Shown: one piece after another, positions 1-7,025 of the stretch
Layout of the letters: each line of letters opens with the position of its first letter
Numbering within the stretch: the stretch's first letter is position 1
NCBI GenBank assembly: GCA_964499705.1
Contig: CAZCME010000023.1
Location: forward strand, 59,398 to 79,397
DNA from: an uncultured bacterium
GTDB lineage: Bacteria > UBA8481
Direction of reading: 5' to 3'
DNA length: 20,000 nucleotides
Notes under the pieces: model-generated
The model's database searches: none
What the model was told of the DNA's origin: nothing
What the model saw: only the letters and a program-made list of their open reading frames with translations
Program-made: the position numbers and the translations under genes

Positions 1-291
1 GACATCCTCGGGATTGTCCGTGCCTTCAAGAAATGTGAGTTTCGGGAGTGCGGACGTCACCGGAAGAACGGCCGGCGCTTCCGCCAGTGAACCGGCGGTT
101 TGCGGAGTCCCGGCCCGGGTTCCGGCGGGCTGTTGCTGCGCGAGAATCGGAGCAACGGTAGCCAGATACAGGAGTGCGACCATCAGCGCGCGCGCGCAGG
201 AATAGCGCACACGGCACAGGCTGGCCTTGCACAGGCATGCCCGTCCCCACCGGATCGCTCCGGTTATGATCGCGGTATTCCCGCCTCCCAT
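1..291 (-). CDS. fliP: Flagellar export protein FliP, N-terminal part (truncated by window edge)
   Basis: Not in the ORF track because it is open-ended. Manual translation from ATG 291 (RBS GGAGA at 300-296) gives MGGGNTAI...ALMVALLYLATVAPILAQQQPAG...LPKLTFLEGTDNPEDV: a signal-peptide-like segment and then a linker typical of the region before the first FliP TM helix. It lies directly downstream of fliO in canonical order. Confidence 0.75.
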   Translation of the reverse strand, partial: MGGGNTAIITGAIRWGRACLCKASLCRVRYSCARALMVALLYLATVAPILAQQQPAGTRAGTPQTAGSLAEAPAVLPVTSALPKLTFLEGTDNPEDV

Positions 292-310
292 GTTGTCTCC
301 CACGTTCCTA

Positions 311-332
311 TCTGCGTTCAATCTGCGTTCAA
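311..332. repeat. Tandem 11-bp repeat (TCTGCGTTCAA)x2 in the fliO-fliP spacer
   Basis: Exact copies at 311-321 and 322-332; a third exact copy at 4047-4057. Confidence 0.9.
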
Positions 333-404
333 TGCCGGCGCCGCTTTTTTTCTCTCGGCGGCGCTCTCTATCTTTCTGAAATCATGTCTCTCACATCGTG
401 AATC

Positions 405-1079
405 CTACAGCGCCAGACCACGCAACCTTTCTCTTTCCTTCGCCAGGCTGTTCGCGCACGCCTCGCGTGGAGGCATGTATCCCGCGTCCGGATTTTCCGC
501 TTTCCCGCGGACGAGCGCGTTCATCGAATGCAGGATCGACGAAAAACCTTCCCGCACGCTTTCCGGGCGGAGCGGCCTCTGCGTCGATCGGGCCAGCCGT
601 ACCTGGTCGAGCGCGTCGCCGCTCAGTTCCGTGATCATCGTGATGTTCTTCTCGCTCGTCCCCAGGACAATGACGCGGCCGCCGATTTCCACGACATTGA
701 TGAACTGGTTCGGGCCGATCGGCTCCGTCGCGATCCTCTTGACGATTCCCTCTCCCCCGAAGAACGGCAGCTTCGCGCGCTTGCCGAACTTGAAGAGCAG
801 CACGATGAGGCCGACGACGAACGCGAGGGACCCCAGCATCTTGATGGCGGAGGAGGCGAGATCGAGCGAGGGAAGCGTGGAAGGCGTTTCCTTCGGAGCG
901 GGGCCGGCGGCTGCGGGAGCGCCCGGGACGGCGGTCTGATCCAGCGTGCCGCCGGGCTCGAAGAAGGTCTGATCGATGCCGGCGCCTTCCGCATGGGCAG
1001 GCGCGCACGCGAACACGAGGACCAGAACCATCGTTCCGATCGCCGCAAGCGTGATCTTCCCTTTTCCCCGTCCCAACAT
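405..1079 (-). CDS. fliO: Flagellar biosynthesis protein FliO (FliZ)
   Basis: N-terminal signal/TM segment, a second TM segment (IKMLGSLAFVVGLIVLLFKF) and the FliO beta domain (IVKRIATEPIGPNQFINVVEIGGRVIVLGTSEKNITMITEL). Lies between fliY and fliP. Start moved to ATG 1079, which follows GGGAGG. Confidence 0.85.
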   Translation of the reverse strand: MLGRGKGKITLAAIGTMVLVLVFACAPAHAEGAGIDQTFFEPGGTLDQTAVPGAPAAAGPAPKETPSTLPSLDLASSAIKMLGSLAFVVGLIVLLFKFGKRAKLPFFGGEGIVKRIATEPIGPNQFINVVEIGGRVIVLGTSEKNITMITELSGDALDQVRLARSTQRPLRPESVREGFSSILHSMNALVRGKAENPDAGYMPPREACANSLAKERERLRGLAL

Positions 1080-1116
1080 CTCTTTATTTCCTCCCGCACT
1101 GCCACCCACTAAGGGG

Positions 1117-2181
1117 TTATGACAACAGTTTCGATCTCTCGATCGGGCTCACGATATCCGTCACGCGGACGCCGAAGCTCTCGTCGATGACGACCACCTC
1201 GCCGCGCGCGATGAGCTTCTGGTTCACCAGCAGGTCGACAGGTTCGCCGGCCAGCTTGTCCAGTTCGATGATGGAGCCGGTTCCGAGATCCAGAACGTCG
1301 CGGATCATCATCGTCGCCCGGCCCAGTTCCACCGTCACCTGCATCGGCACGTCCATCAGGATATCGATATTCTTGGACTGGATATCCGTCAGCGTCGGCG
1401 TGAGCGTCGGAAACTGGACGGGCCGGATCGCGTCGGACGCGCGGCTCTCTTCCCGGCCCGCCGGTCTCGCCGTCGGCATCCGTACCGGCGCCTTCGTCCC
1501 CGCGATCGCCCGGCCCGCGGACGAATCCAGGACGAAATACATCGTGCCGTTTCTCAAGCCCTCGATCTCGAACCGGTATCTCGCGAAGACGCGATTTCCC
1601 CGGCCGGCCAGGGGCGGTTCATGACCGTTGTCGATCCGCACGTTCAGATTCCCCGCCGACAGGCTCATCCCCAGTTCACGCGACAGGGCGGTCGCCAGGC
1701 CGCTGACGAGCGAGGAGATCGCCTCCTTCGCGGCCGTCTGGTGCAGCTCGTCCATTTCCACCTGCGCGGAACCGTCGCCCCCCATCATGATGTCGGAAAT
1801 CATGGAGGCATCCGGCAGGGACATCGCGAGGGCGGCTGCTCCCATCGCCTGTCCTCCCATTTCAAAATCGAAGACGACACCATTGGAACCCGTTTCCGTC
1901 TCGATGGCCGCGTCATCGGCCATGTCGATTCCCAGAGGAGTCATCGTCAGCTTGCGGCCAATGAGCGTCGCGGTCACTTCGCATGCGCCGCCGAAACCGC
2001 CGCGGAGGCGATCGGCCAGCGCCTTGAGCTCGTTGGCACCAAGATCGCCATCCTGGATCATCGCGGGTGGAATCGATTGTGCCTGCGTCTTCTGCTGCGT
2101 CGGAGATTCAAACGATGCGCCCGACAGGAGCGCGTCGATTTCCTCCTGTGTCAACATTCCCTCAACCATACCGCGACTCAC
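1117..2181 (-). CDS. fliY: Flagellar motor switch protein FliY (CheC-like middle domain plus FliN/SpoA domain)
   Basis: N-terminal CheY-binding motif LTQEEIDALL; C-terminal FliN domain NIDILMDVPMQVTVELGR...GEVVVIDESFGVRVTDI; 354 aa, too long for plain FliN. The start may be a few codons downstream (MVEG or MLTQ). Confidence 0.88.
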   Translation of the reverse strand: MSRGMVEGMLTQEEIDALLSGASFESPTQQKTQAQSIPPAMIQDGDLGANELKALADRLRGGFGGACEVTATLIGRKLTMTPLGIDMADDAAIETETGSNGVVFDFEMGGQAMGAAALAMSLPDASMISDIMMGGDGSAQVEMDELHQTAAKEAISSLVSGLATALSRELGMSLSAGNLNVRIDNGHEPPLAGRGNRVFARYRFEIEGLRNGTMYFVLDSSAGRAIAGTKAPVRMPTARPAGREESRASDAIRPVQFPTLTPTLTDIQSKNIDILMDVPMQVTVELGRATMMIRDVLDLGTGSIIELDKLAGEPVDLLVNQKLIARGEVVVIDESFGVRVTDIVSPIERSKLLS

Positions 2182-3292
2182 CTCGCTTTCCTTTCGCCAG
2201 GACCAGGTCGTCCGAATAGATGTCCTCCACCTGGCGCGTCAACTGGACGCCCATCTTGGAGCCGCGCACGAGCCCGGGACGGCACTTGAATTTCGGACGG
2301 TTCTGGACAAAGAGCGTCGCTTCCGAGGAGATGGTCTCGTCCATGGGAAGAGTGTCCCCCTTCGAAAGCGTCAGCAGTTCCCGCATCGTGCACTGGGCAT
2401 AGCCCAGGACGGCCACGACCGGCACGGGCGTCTTGGCGAGCCGCCCTTTGATGGACTCGATGGCGTCGCCGGAGCTGCCGCGCCGGATGGCGGAGTACCA
2501 GAACTGCGCGGAGAGCTTGGAGATGATCGGTTCGAGCGTGATGTAGGGGATGCAGAAATTCGTGAGTCCCTCGACCTCTCCGACGCGGGTATCGAGCGTG
2601 ATGAGAACGGCCATGTCATTGGGCGGAACGATCTGGACGAACTGCGGATTCGATTCGAACTGCGACAGGCGCGGCCGGAGGTCAACGACATTCGCCCAGG
2701 CTTCCTTCAGGTCATTCAGGATCCTCAGGATGATCCGTTCGATGACGCCCCGCTCAATGTCGGTCATCTCCCGGGAGAGGCTGATCGGCTTGCCCTTTCC
2801 TCCGAAGAGCCTGTCGATCATGGAAAACGTGATCGCGGGATCCATTTCGAGAACGGCGTTGCCCTTCAGGGGGCTCATGTCGATGACGGCGAGCGTCGTC
2901 GGATTCGGAATCGACTTGATGAATTCCTCGTAGGTGAGCTGATCGACGGAGGAAACGTGGACGCCGACGAGCGTCCGGAGGCGCGCGGACAGCGCGGTCG
3001 TCGTCAGCCGCGCGAAAGTTTCGTGCATCATCTGGAGCGTGCGGATCTGGTCCTTGGAGAACTTGTCGGGGCGCTTGAAGTCGTAGATCTTGATCCGGCG
3101 GCGTTTCTCCGTCTTGGTGCTCGCCTTGATGGGAGCATGCACCTGGGATGTTTCGCCATCGGAATCGGCCATGAGGTCGCCCATGGAATCTCCGCCACCC
3201 CCCAGCGATGGCGCGCCTCCCTTGTCCGCCTCTCCGCTGGATATCGCGGTAAGAAGGGCGTCGATTTCCTCCTGGGAAAGAACCTCGGTCAC
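2162..3292 (-). CDS. fliM: Flagellar motor switch protein FliM
   Basis: Motifs MTEVLSQEEIDALL, IYDFKRPDKFSKDQIRTL, DQLTYEEFI, ESNPQFVQIVPPN and NFCIPY. Confidence 0.97.
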   Translation of the reverse strand: MTEVLSQEEIDALLTAISSGEADKGGAPSLGGGGDSMGDLMADSDGETSQVHAPIKASTKTEKRRRIKIYDFKRPDKFSKDQIRTLQMMHETFARLTTTALSARLRTLVGVHVSSVDQLTYEEFIKSIPNPTTLAVIDMSPLKGNAVLEMDPAITFSMIDRLFGGKGKPISLSREMTDIERGVIERIILRILNDLKEAWANVVDLRPRLSQFESNPQFVQIVPPNDMAVLITLDTRVGEVEGLTNFCIPYITLEPIISKLSAQFWYSAIRRGSSGDAIESIKGRLAKTPVPVVAVLGYAQCTMRELLTLSKGDTLPMDETISSEATLFVQNRPKFKCRPGLVRGSKMGVQLTRQVEDIYSDDLVLAKGKRGESRYG

Positions 3293-3837
3293 TGGAAGAT
3301 GAACTCCGGAATGAACACGCCGTCGAGCTGATTCTTCATGCGCGCGTTCACGGCGCGGATGATCGACGCCTTCAGTTCCGCGATGCCTTCGCTTCTCTGG
3401 GTCGGAGTCCCGACGAAATTCTGCGGGTCAAGTCCCCAGAGCACTTCGTTGATCCCATCGCGCAATTGATCTTTTCTCTCGTCAATCTCCTTCTTGACCT
3501 TGTCCAGGTCGCCGCGTTTCGAATCGACGGTCAGGATGATTTCCGCGCGAAGATTATAGCTGCGGCCCGACGCATCCGTGATGATGGAAGTGAATTGTCC
3601 CATGGGAACAACCACCGGCGGCTCAGAAAAGGAACGCGAGCGTTCCTGCGAAACACCGGGCTCCACGTTGACTTCACTGCTCCTCATGGTTTTTGTGAGG
3701 GCGACCGTCGTGTAGAAAACCATGGCGAAGAGACCGACCACGATCGCGAAACCCAGAAGAATCTTGACGATTGTGGATTTGCCGATGCGTTTCTTCGCCG
3801 GAGCAGCGTCCTTAACCTCGACATCCGGTTCAGCCAC
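3289..3837 (-). CDS. fliL: Flagellar basal body-associated protein FliL
   Basis: Single N-terminal TM helix and C-terminal GVFIPEFIFQ typical of FliL; 4-bp overlap with fliM; GTG start with GGAGGT RBS 5 nt upstream. Confidence 0.85.
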   Translation of the reverse strand: MAEPDVEVKDAAPAKKRIGKSTIVKILLGFAIVVGLFAMVFYTTVALTKTMRSSEVNVEPGVSQERSRSFSEPPVVVPMGQFTSIITDASGRSYNLRAEIILTVDSKRGDLDKVKKEIDERKDQLRDGINEVLWGLDPQNFVGTPTQRSEGIAELKASIIRAVNARMKNQLDGVFIPEFIFQ

Positions 3838-3846
3838 AATGCACCT

Positions 3847-3931
3847 CCGATCCCCACGGATGGGGTGAGTGCCGCGAGAGTCCAGGGACGGACGGAGCGG
3901 CCGATCCCCACGGATGGGGTGAGCGTCGCGA
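3847..3931. repeat. Two 31-bp direct repeats, each containing a CCCCA-CGGA-TGGGG hairpin
   Basis: CCGATCCCCACGGATGGGGTGAGtGcCGCGA (3847-3877) and CCGATCCCCACGGATGGGGTGAGcGtCGCGA (3901-3931): 2 mismatches, 23-bp spacer. Confidence 0.92.
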
Positions 3932-4177
3932 ATGCATTAAGAAATTATACAGGAATAGAATCCCGTGGCCGCGCCGAAACGCGCAACTCACCGTGGACGA
4001 ATCTACCACCTCGGCTGGCGAGGCCCCGAATCTCATATTGTCTCCGTCTGCGTTCAAGCTGCGTGCGTTGTCGTGTTGTCCCCGAGGCAATAACACCTCG
4101 AATTAGACACAGATAAGCCGACAGCCGCGCCAAGGTCAAGTCATTTGGCGTTAACGCAACAAGTTTCTTTCCCCTGC

Positions 4178-4186
4178 TTATCCACA
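4178..4186 (+). promoter_or_regulatory. Single consensus DnaA box
   Basis: Exact TTATCCACA in intergenic DNA. It is isolated, so function is uncertain. Confidence 0.35.
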
Positions 4187-4188
4187 AG

Positions 4189-4306
4189 AATTTCAGTCGC
4201 TCCTGCGCCTTTCTTGGCGAGCGCGACCATGCCCACAACCGATGGGCCGGGGACAGTCCCGGGGTCACGATATGATCATCGGAAGGGCGCAGACGGGACT
4301 GAAATT
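4189..4306. other. 118-bp element bounded by long inverted repeats (candidate structured RNA or MITE-like element)
   Basis: AATTTCAGTC (4189-4198) pairs with GACTGAAATT (4297-4306), and CTGCGCCTTTC (4203-4213) with GAAGGGCGCAG (4282-4292). Inner stem 4222-4228/4263-4269 encloses two small hairpins. Confidence 0.55.
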
Positions 4307-4308
4307 TA

Positions 4309-4590
4309 TTAAGGGATTTCCTTCGCCCGACAGCGATCTTTTTCCCGGTTTCTCGCATGCTCGATCCGCAGGCGTTCCTCGGCGAGCTCGGAAGTGAGCG
4401 CTTCCACCACGCCCGCATCACCCGCCAGGCGCGCCGCATGCAGGCGTTCGGCGAAAAGGATCTCTTTTTCGGCGACCTGAGCGAGATACTTCGCGTCGAT
4501 CTCCGCCAGCGCGGCTTTCTGTTCCTCGGACAGCCTCGGGCCCGCGTCGCCCAGTCGTTCCATGGCCAGCTCGTAGGATGATTTCAACAT
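4309..4590 (-). CDS. Small helical hypothetical protein (N-terminal KSSYELAMERL motif)
   Basis: 93-aa ORF with AAGGGG RBS and coiled-coil-like composition; co-directional with the upstream cluster. Confidence 0.75.
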   Translation of the reverse strand: MLKSSYELAMERLGDAGPRLSEEQKAALAEIDAKYLAQVAEKEILFAERLHAARLAGDAGVVEALTSELAEERLRIEHARNREKDRCRAKEIP

Positions 4591-4623
4591 GTCCCCTTAT
4601 TGTATGCGGCGTGCCATCAGGAA

Positions 4624-5403
4624 TCAATCCGCCCGCACGGCGCAAACGATCTTCCCCCTTCGGCTGATCCAGATCTTGTCGCCGGACTTCTCCACCCGCA
4701 TCCCTCCCATGTCCCTGCCCGCCATTTCCTCGAGCATGCTTCTTACGACTGGCCTGTTTCGATCGGGCGGAAAGACTCGAGTCATCCATTCGTCGTGATC
4801 GATCGTGGAAACGTAAGATTCCACGGCCGTCGTCCTCAGGCCGCAGGCAATGCAGAGCCTTTCCAGTTCGGAGCCCGTGAGGCATCTCGTGTGGGAAGGA
4901 TCTCTTAACCGCTCGATCCTCTCCGTGTAAGCGCTTTCTTCCTTATTTTCCGACGTCACGATGTCATTGATGACGACGCGTCCACCGGGGGCGACGACCC
5001 GGGCCATCTCCAGAACGACCTCCTCCGGCCGCTGGACATGATGGAGCGAGAGGCGCGAGACGGCGATGTCGAAGATCGAAATGGAGCCGGTCGATCGAGC
5101 GAAAGGAGCGCGCCCGGCATGGGATTCGACGAGCAACGCCTGCGGCGCGCGCTTCCGCGCCTCCAGGAGCATCTCGTGCGTCACATCGAGACAGACGACG
5201 CATCCGGCGCCGGCCAGCCGCGCGGCCACGATGCCGGGTCCCGAGCAGAAATCGACCACGCGCTCGCCGGGTTGCAACGCGATCAATCGAAGGTATTGGT
5301 TGAGGAGTTCGGGATCGTTCGCATGTAACGCGGTCGAAAACGGCACGGCCTGCAAGGCGAACTGCGCCCGCACCACTTCGTTGTGAGGATCCCTGTTTTT
5401 CAT
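4624..5403 (-). CDS. Class I SAM-dependent methyltransferase
   Basis: Motif I VVDFCSGPG, CLDVTHEML, FDIAVSRLSLHH, EMARVVAPGGRVVIND and ERLRDPSH; ATGA overlap with the upstream gene. Confidence 0.9.
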   Translation of the reverse strand: MKNRDPHNEVVRAQFALQAVPFSTALHANDPELLNQYLRLIALQPGERVVDFCSGPGIVAARLAGAGCVVCLDVTHEMLLEARKRAPQALLVESHAGRAPFARSTGSISIFDIAVSRLSLHHVQRPEEVVLEMARVVAPGGRVVINDIVTSENKEESAYTERIERLRDPSHTRCLTGSELERLCIACGLRTTAVESYVSTIDHDEWMTRVFPPDRNRPVVRSMLEEMAGRDMGGMRVEKSGDKIWISRRGKIVCAVRAD

Positions 5404-6197
5404 GCGGGAAGCTGAAAAACAGGAGAGCGCGACGCGGGATGAATCGAAAGAAATTTCAAGTTCATAAGGCCATCGTCGCCGATTTCGCCGAATATGCCGC
5501 CGCAGTCATAATCCCCGTCGCGGGAAAACGCGACGGAGGGAATCGAAATAACGCAGCGGCGGGGTGCGAGAAATTCGTCGCCGGGACGGGGCTTTACGAC
5601 CTTCAGGCTCGGCTGACCCACGATGGCATAGGCGGCATGATCGGAACCGATGAGATAGGGGCGGTCGATGCGGGAATAGCAGACTGCGGCCGTATTCTCA
5701 TCGGAACCGGACCCGACGTCCCAGCCATGCGACCTGCGGCGGCGCTTGCTCCGTTTGGCGTAGTAGGGCGGCGCCACGGATTCGTGCGTCACGCAGAAAA
5801 ACGGCGTCTCGATCTTCGCGGGAGCATTCCTCAGAAGGTCCCGGGCTTCGGGATTCAGGTTGCGAGCCGTCAGAATGGCGTGTTGTTCGACGGCTTCACT
5901 GTATTCATGCACGTGCTCATGACCGACGGCCAGCACGTCGTGGTTCCCCTGCACCGCATAATGGCCAGGGCTCATCGACTCCATTACGCACCAGGATGGA
6001 TCGGAGGCTTCGCCCGTGATGTCGCCGGCGTGAAAGAACCTGTTCGCGCCCATGGACCCCAGCAGATCCAGCATCTCGCGATAGGCGGCGGCGTCGCCGT
6101 GCGTGGAAGCGACCAGTCCGAAGCGATCGCCCTTCCCGAGCGCTACACGGACAACCTCGTGCGGCTCGCCGGGCTTAAAGTCAGGTTTGGCGACCAC
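5400..6197 (-). CDS. Calcineurin-like metallophosphoesterase family protein (partly degenerate metal ligands)
   Basis: Motifs in the expected order: VASTHGD, HAGDI, QGNHD, VTHES, IGSDH. Confidence 0.75.
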   Translation of the reverse strand: MVAKPDFKPGEPHEVVRVALGKGDRFGLVASTHGDAAAYREMLDLLGSMGANRFFHAGDITGEASDPSWCVMESMSPGHYAVQGNHDVLAVGHEHVHEYSEAVEQHAILTARNLNPEARDLLRNAPAKIETPFFCVTHESVAPPYYAKRSKRRRRSHGWDVGSGSDENTAAVCYSRIDRPYLIGSDHAAYAIVGQPSLKVVKPRPGDEFLAPRRCVISIPSVAFSRDGDYDCGGIFGEIGDDGLMNLKFLSIHPASRSPVFQLPA

Positions 6198-6273
6198 CGG
6201 TCAGAGGACGCCGTTTCCGATTCGGTCGCGTATCAACATCGCCGCGCGGGGCGAAGGGCGGCCCGGTACCGAA

Positions 6274-6528
6274 CTATTGCTGCTGCTGGCCAAGGCGGGA
6301 GAGAAACTGCGGGCAGAAGTAATCTTCGCGAACCGGCTCATTGGCCCTGCCCAGAAACTGTCCCGCGGCATCGAAAAGCGTCCTCGTGCAGAAGCCGGTA
6401 CCGGGTTCATGGCGCGAGGGACGATACCGGACGCAGTTGACGCAGCGCTGATGCTCGTCCGTGGCGATCGTGATATCCCCGAGTATCGTGCGGATCGTGT
6501 CTCCATCGGCAGCCTTACCTGATTTCAC
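6274..6528 (-). CDS. Small four-cysteine, putative metal-binding protein
   Basis: CVNC...GFC...YFC pattern; fills the gap after the alpha-E stop. GTG at 6528 lies just after that stop (alternative GTG at 6540). Confidence 0.6.
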   Translation of the reverse strand: MKSGKAADGDTIRTILGDITIATDEHQRCVNCVRYRPSRHEPGTGFCTRTLFDAAGQFLGRANEPVREDYFCPQFLSRLGQQQQ

Positions 6529-6530
6529 AT

Positions 6531-7025
6531 CTATGCCCACAGGCGATCAATCATTCCGCCGATGGTATGTATGGAACGGATGACGCCGGAAATGAATTCG
6601 TGAAGACCCTGTCGCCATATTTCCTCCGTGGCGGTGCTCTTTACCAAGAGATAGAGCCGGTTCAATTCGACGAAGATTTCGTCAGGAGCGGCGCCGTTCG
6701 CATTCTCTCGAGCCTGTTCGATGCACCGCAGAAGCGATGAACTGTTCGTTTCACCGCGCAGGAGATATTCCGCGACATGTCTGTCGGTAACCGGCAGTCC
6801 CGTTCTGACGAAAGCTTCCCAGAGCCCGAGCGATCGAAGAGCGCTTTCCCACGGCGCGGATGGCGTTCCGCCGGGACCCGCTTCAATGCCGCCATAATAG
6901 CGAACGTCGAGTAGGCGCGCATTTCCTTCGGCGCGCTCGATATACCTGCCGAGCCAGAAGATGCGGTAGGCCGCGCTGCGAGGGGTCGACTGGCCCATGG
7001 AAGGATCGTTATCGGAAGCGGGCAT
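6531..7025 (-). CDS. Alpha-E (DUF403-like) domain protein, single-repeat half-size form, 164 aa
   Basis: Signature AYRIFWLGRYIERAEGNARLLDV and NSSSLLRCIEQARENA; TGATG coupling to the ATP-grasp gene defines start 7025. Confidence 0.88.
   Translation of the reverse strand: MPASDNDPSMGQSTPRSAAYRIFWLGRYIERAEGNARLLDVRYYGGIEAGPGGTPSAPWESALRSLGLWEAFVRTGLPVTDRHVAEYLLRGETNSSSLLRCIEQARENANGAAPDEIFVELNRLYLLVKSTATEEIWRQGLHEFISGVIRSIHTIGGMIDRLWA

Noticed and set aside
338..364. Terminator between fliO and fliP
   Set aside because: The GCGCCGC/GCGGCGC stem has its T-run inside the loop, and there is no U-tract after the stem on the transcribed minus strand.
1628..3331. Long plus-strand 567-aa ORF, and similar shadow ORFs (10058-12103, 15002-16459, 16868-18202, 12536-13444)
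   Set aside because: Antisense or alternate-frame shadows of well-supported genes, expected in GC-rich DNA; no motifs.
3847..3931. CRISPR mini-array (palindromic ~30-bp repeats loosely like type I-E)
   Set aside because: Only two repeats, a 23-bp spacer, no cas genes in the window, and one repeat overlaps the fliL RBS.
4098..4140. Sigma28 or sigma54 flagellar promoter
   Set aside because: GCCGACAG is on the strand opposite fliL and has a poor -35. The minus-strand TGGCGC lacks a correctly spaced -12 GC.
3932..4308. c-di-GMP riboswitch, SRP RNA or 6S RNA upstream of the flagellar operon
   Set aside because: I found no GGCAAA...GAAA...GACGCAAAG (GEMM) core and no SRP helix-8 CAGG...GGAA...AGCAG motif, and the element lacks a 6S-like length and central bubble.
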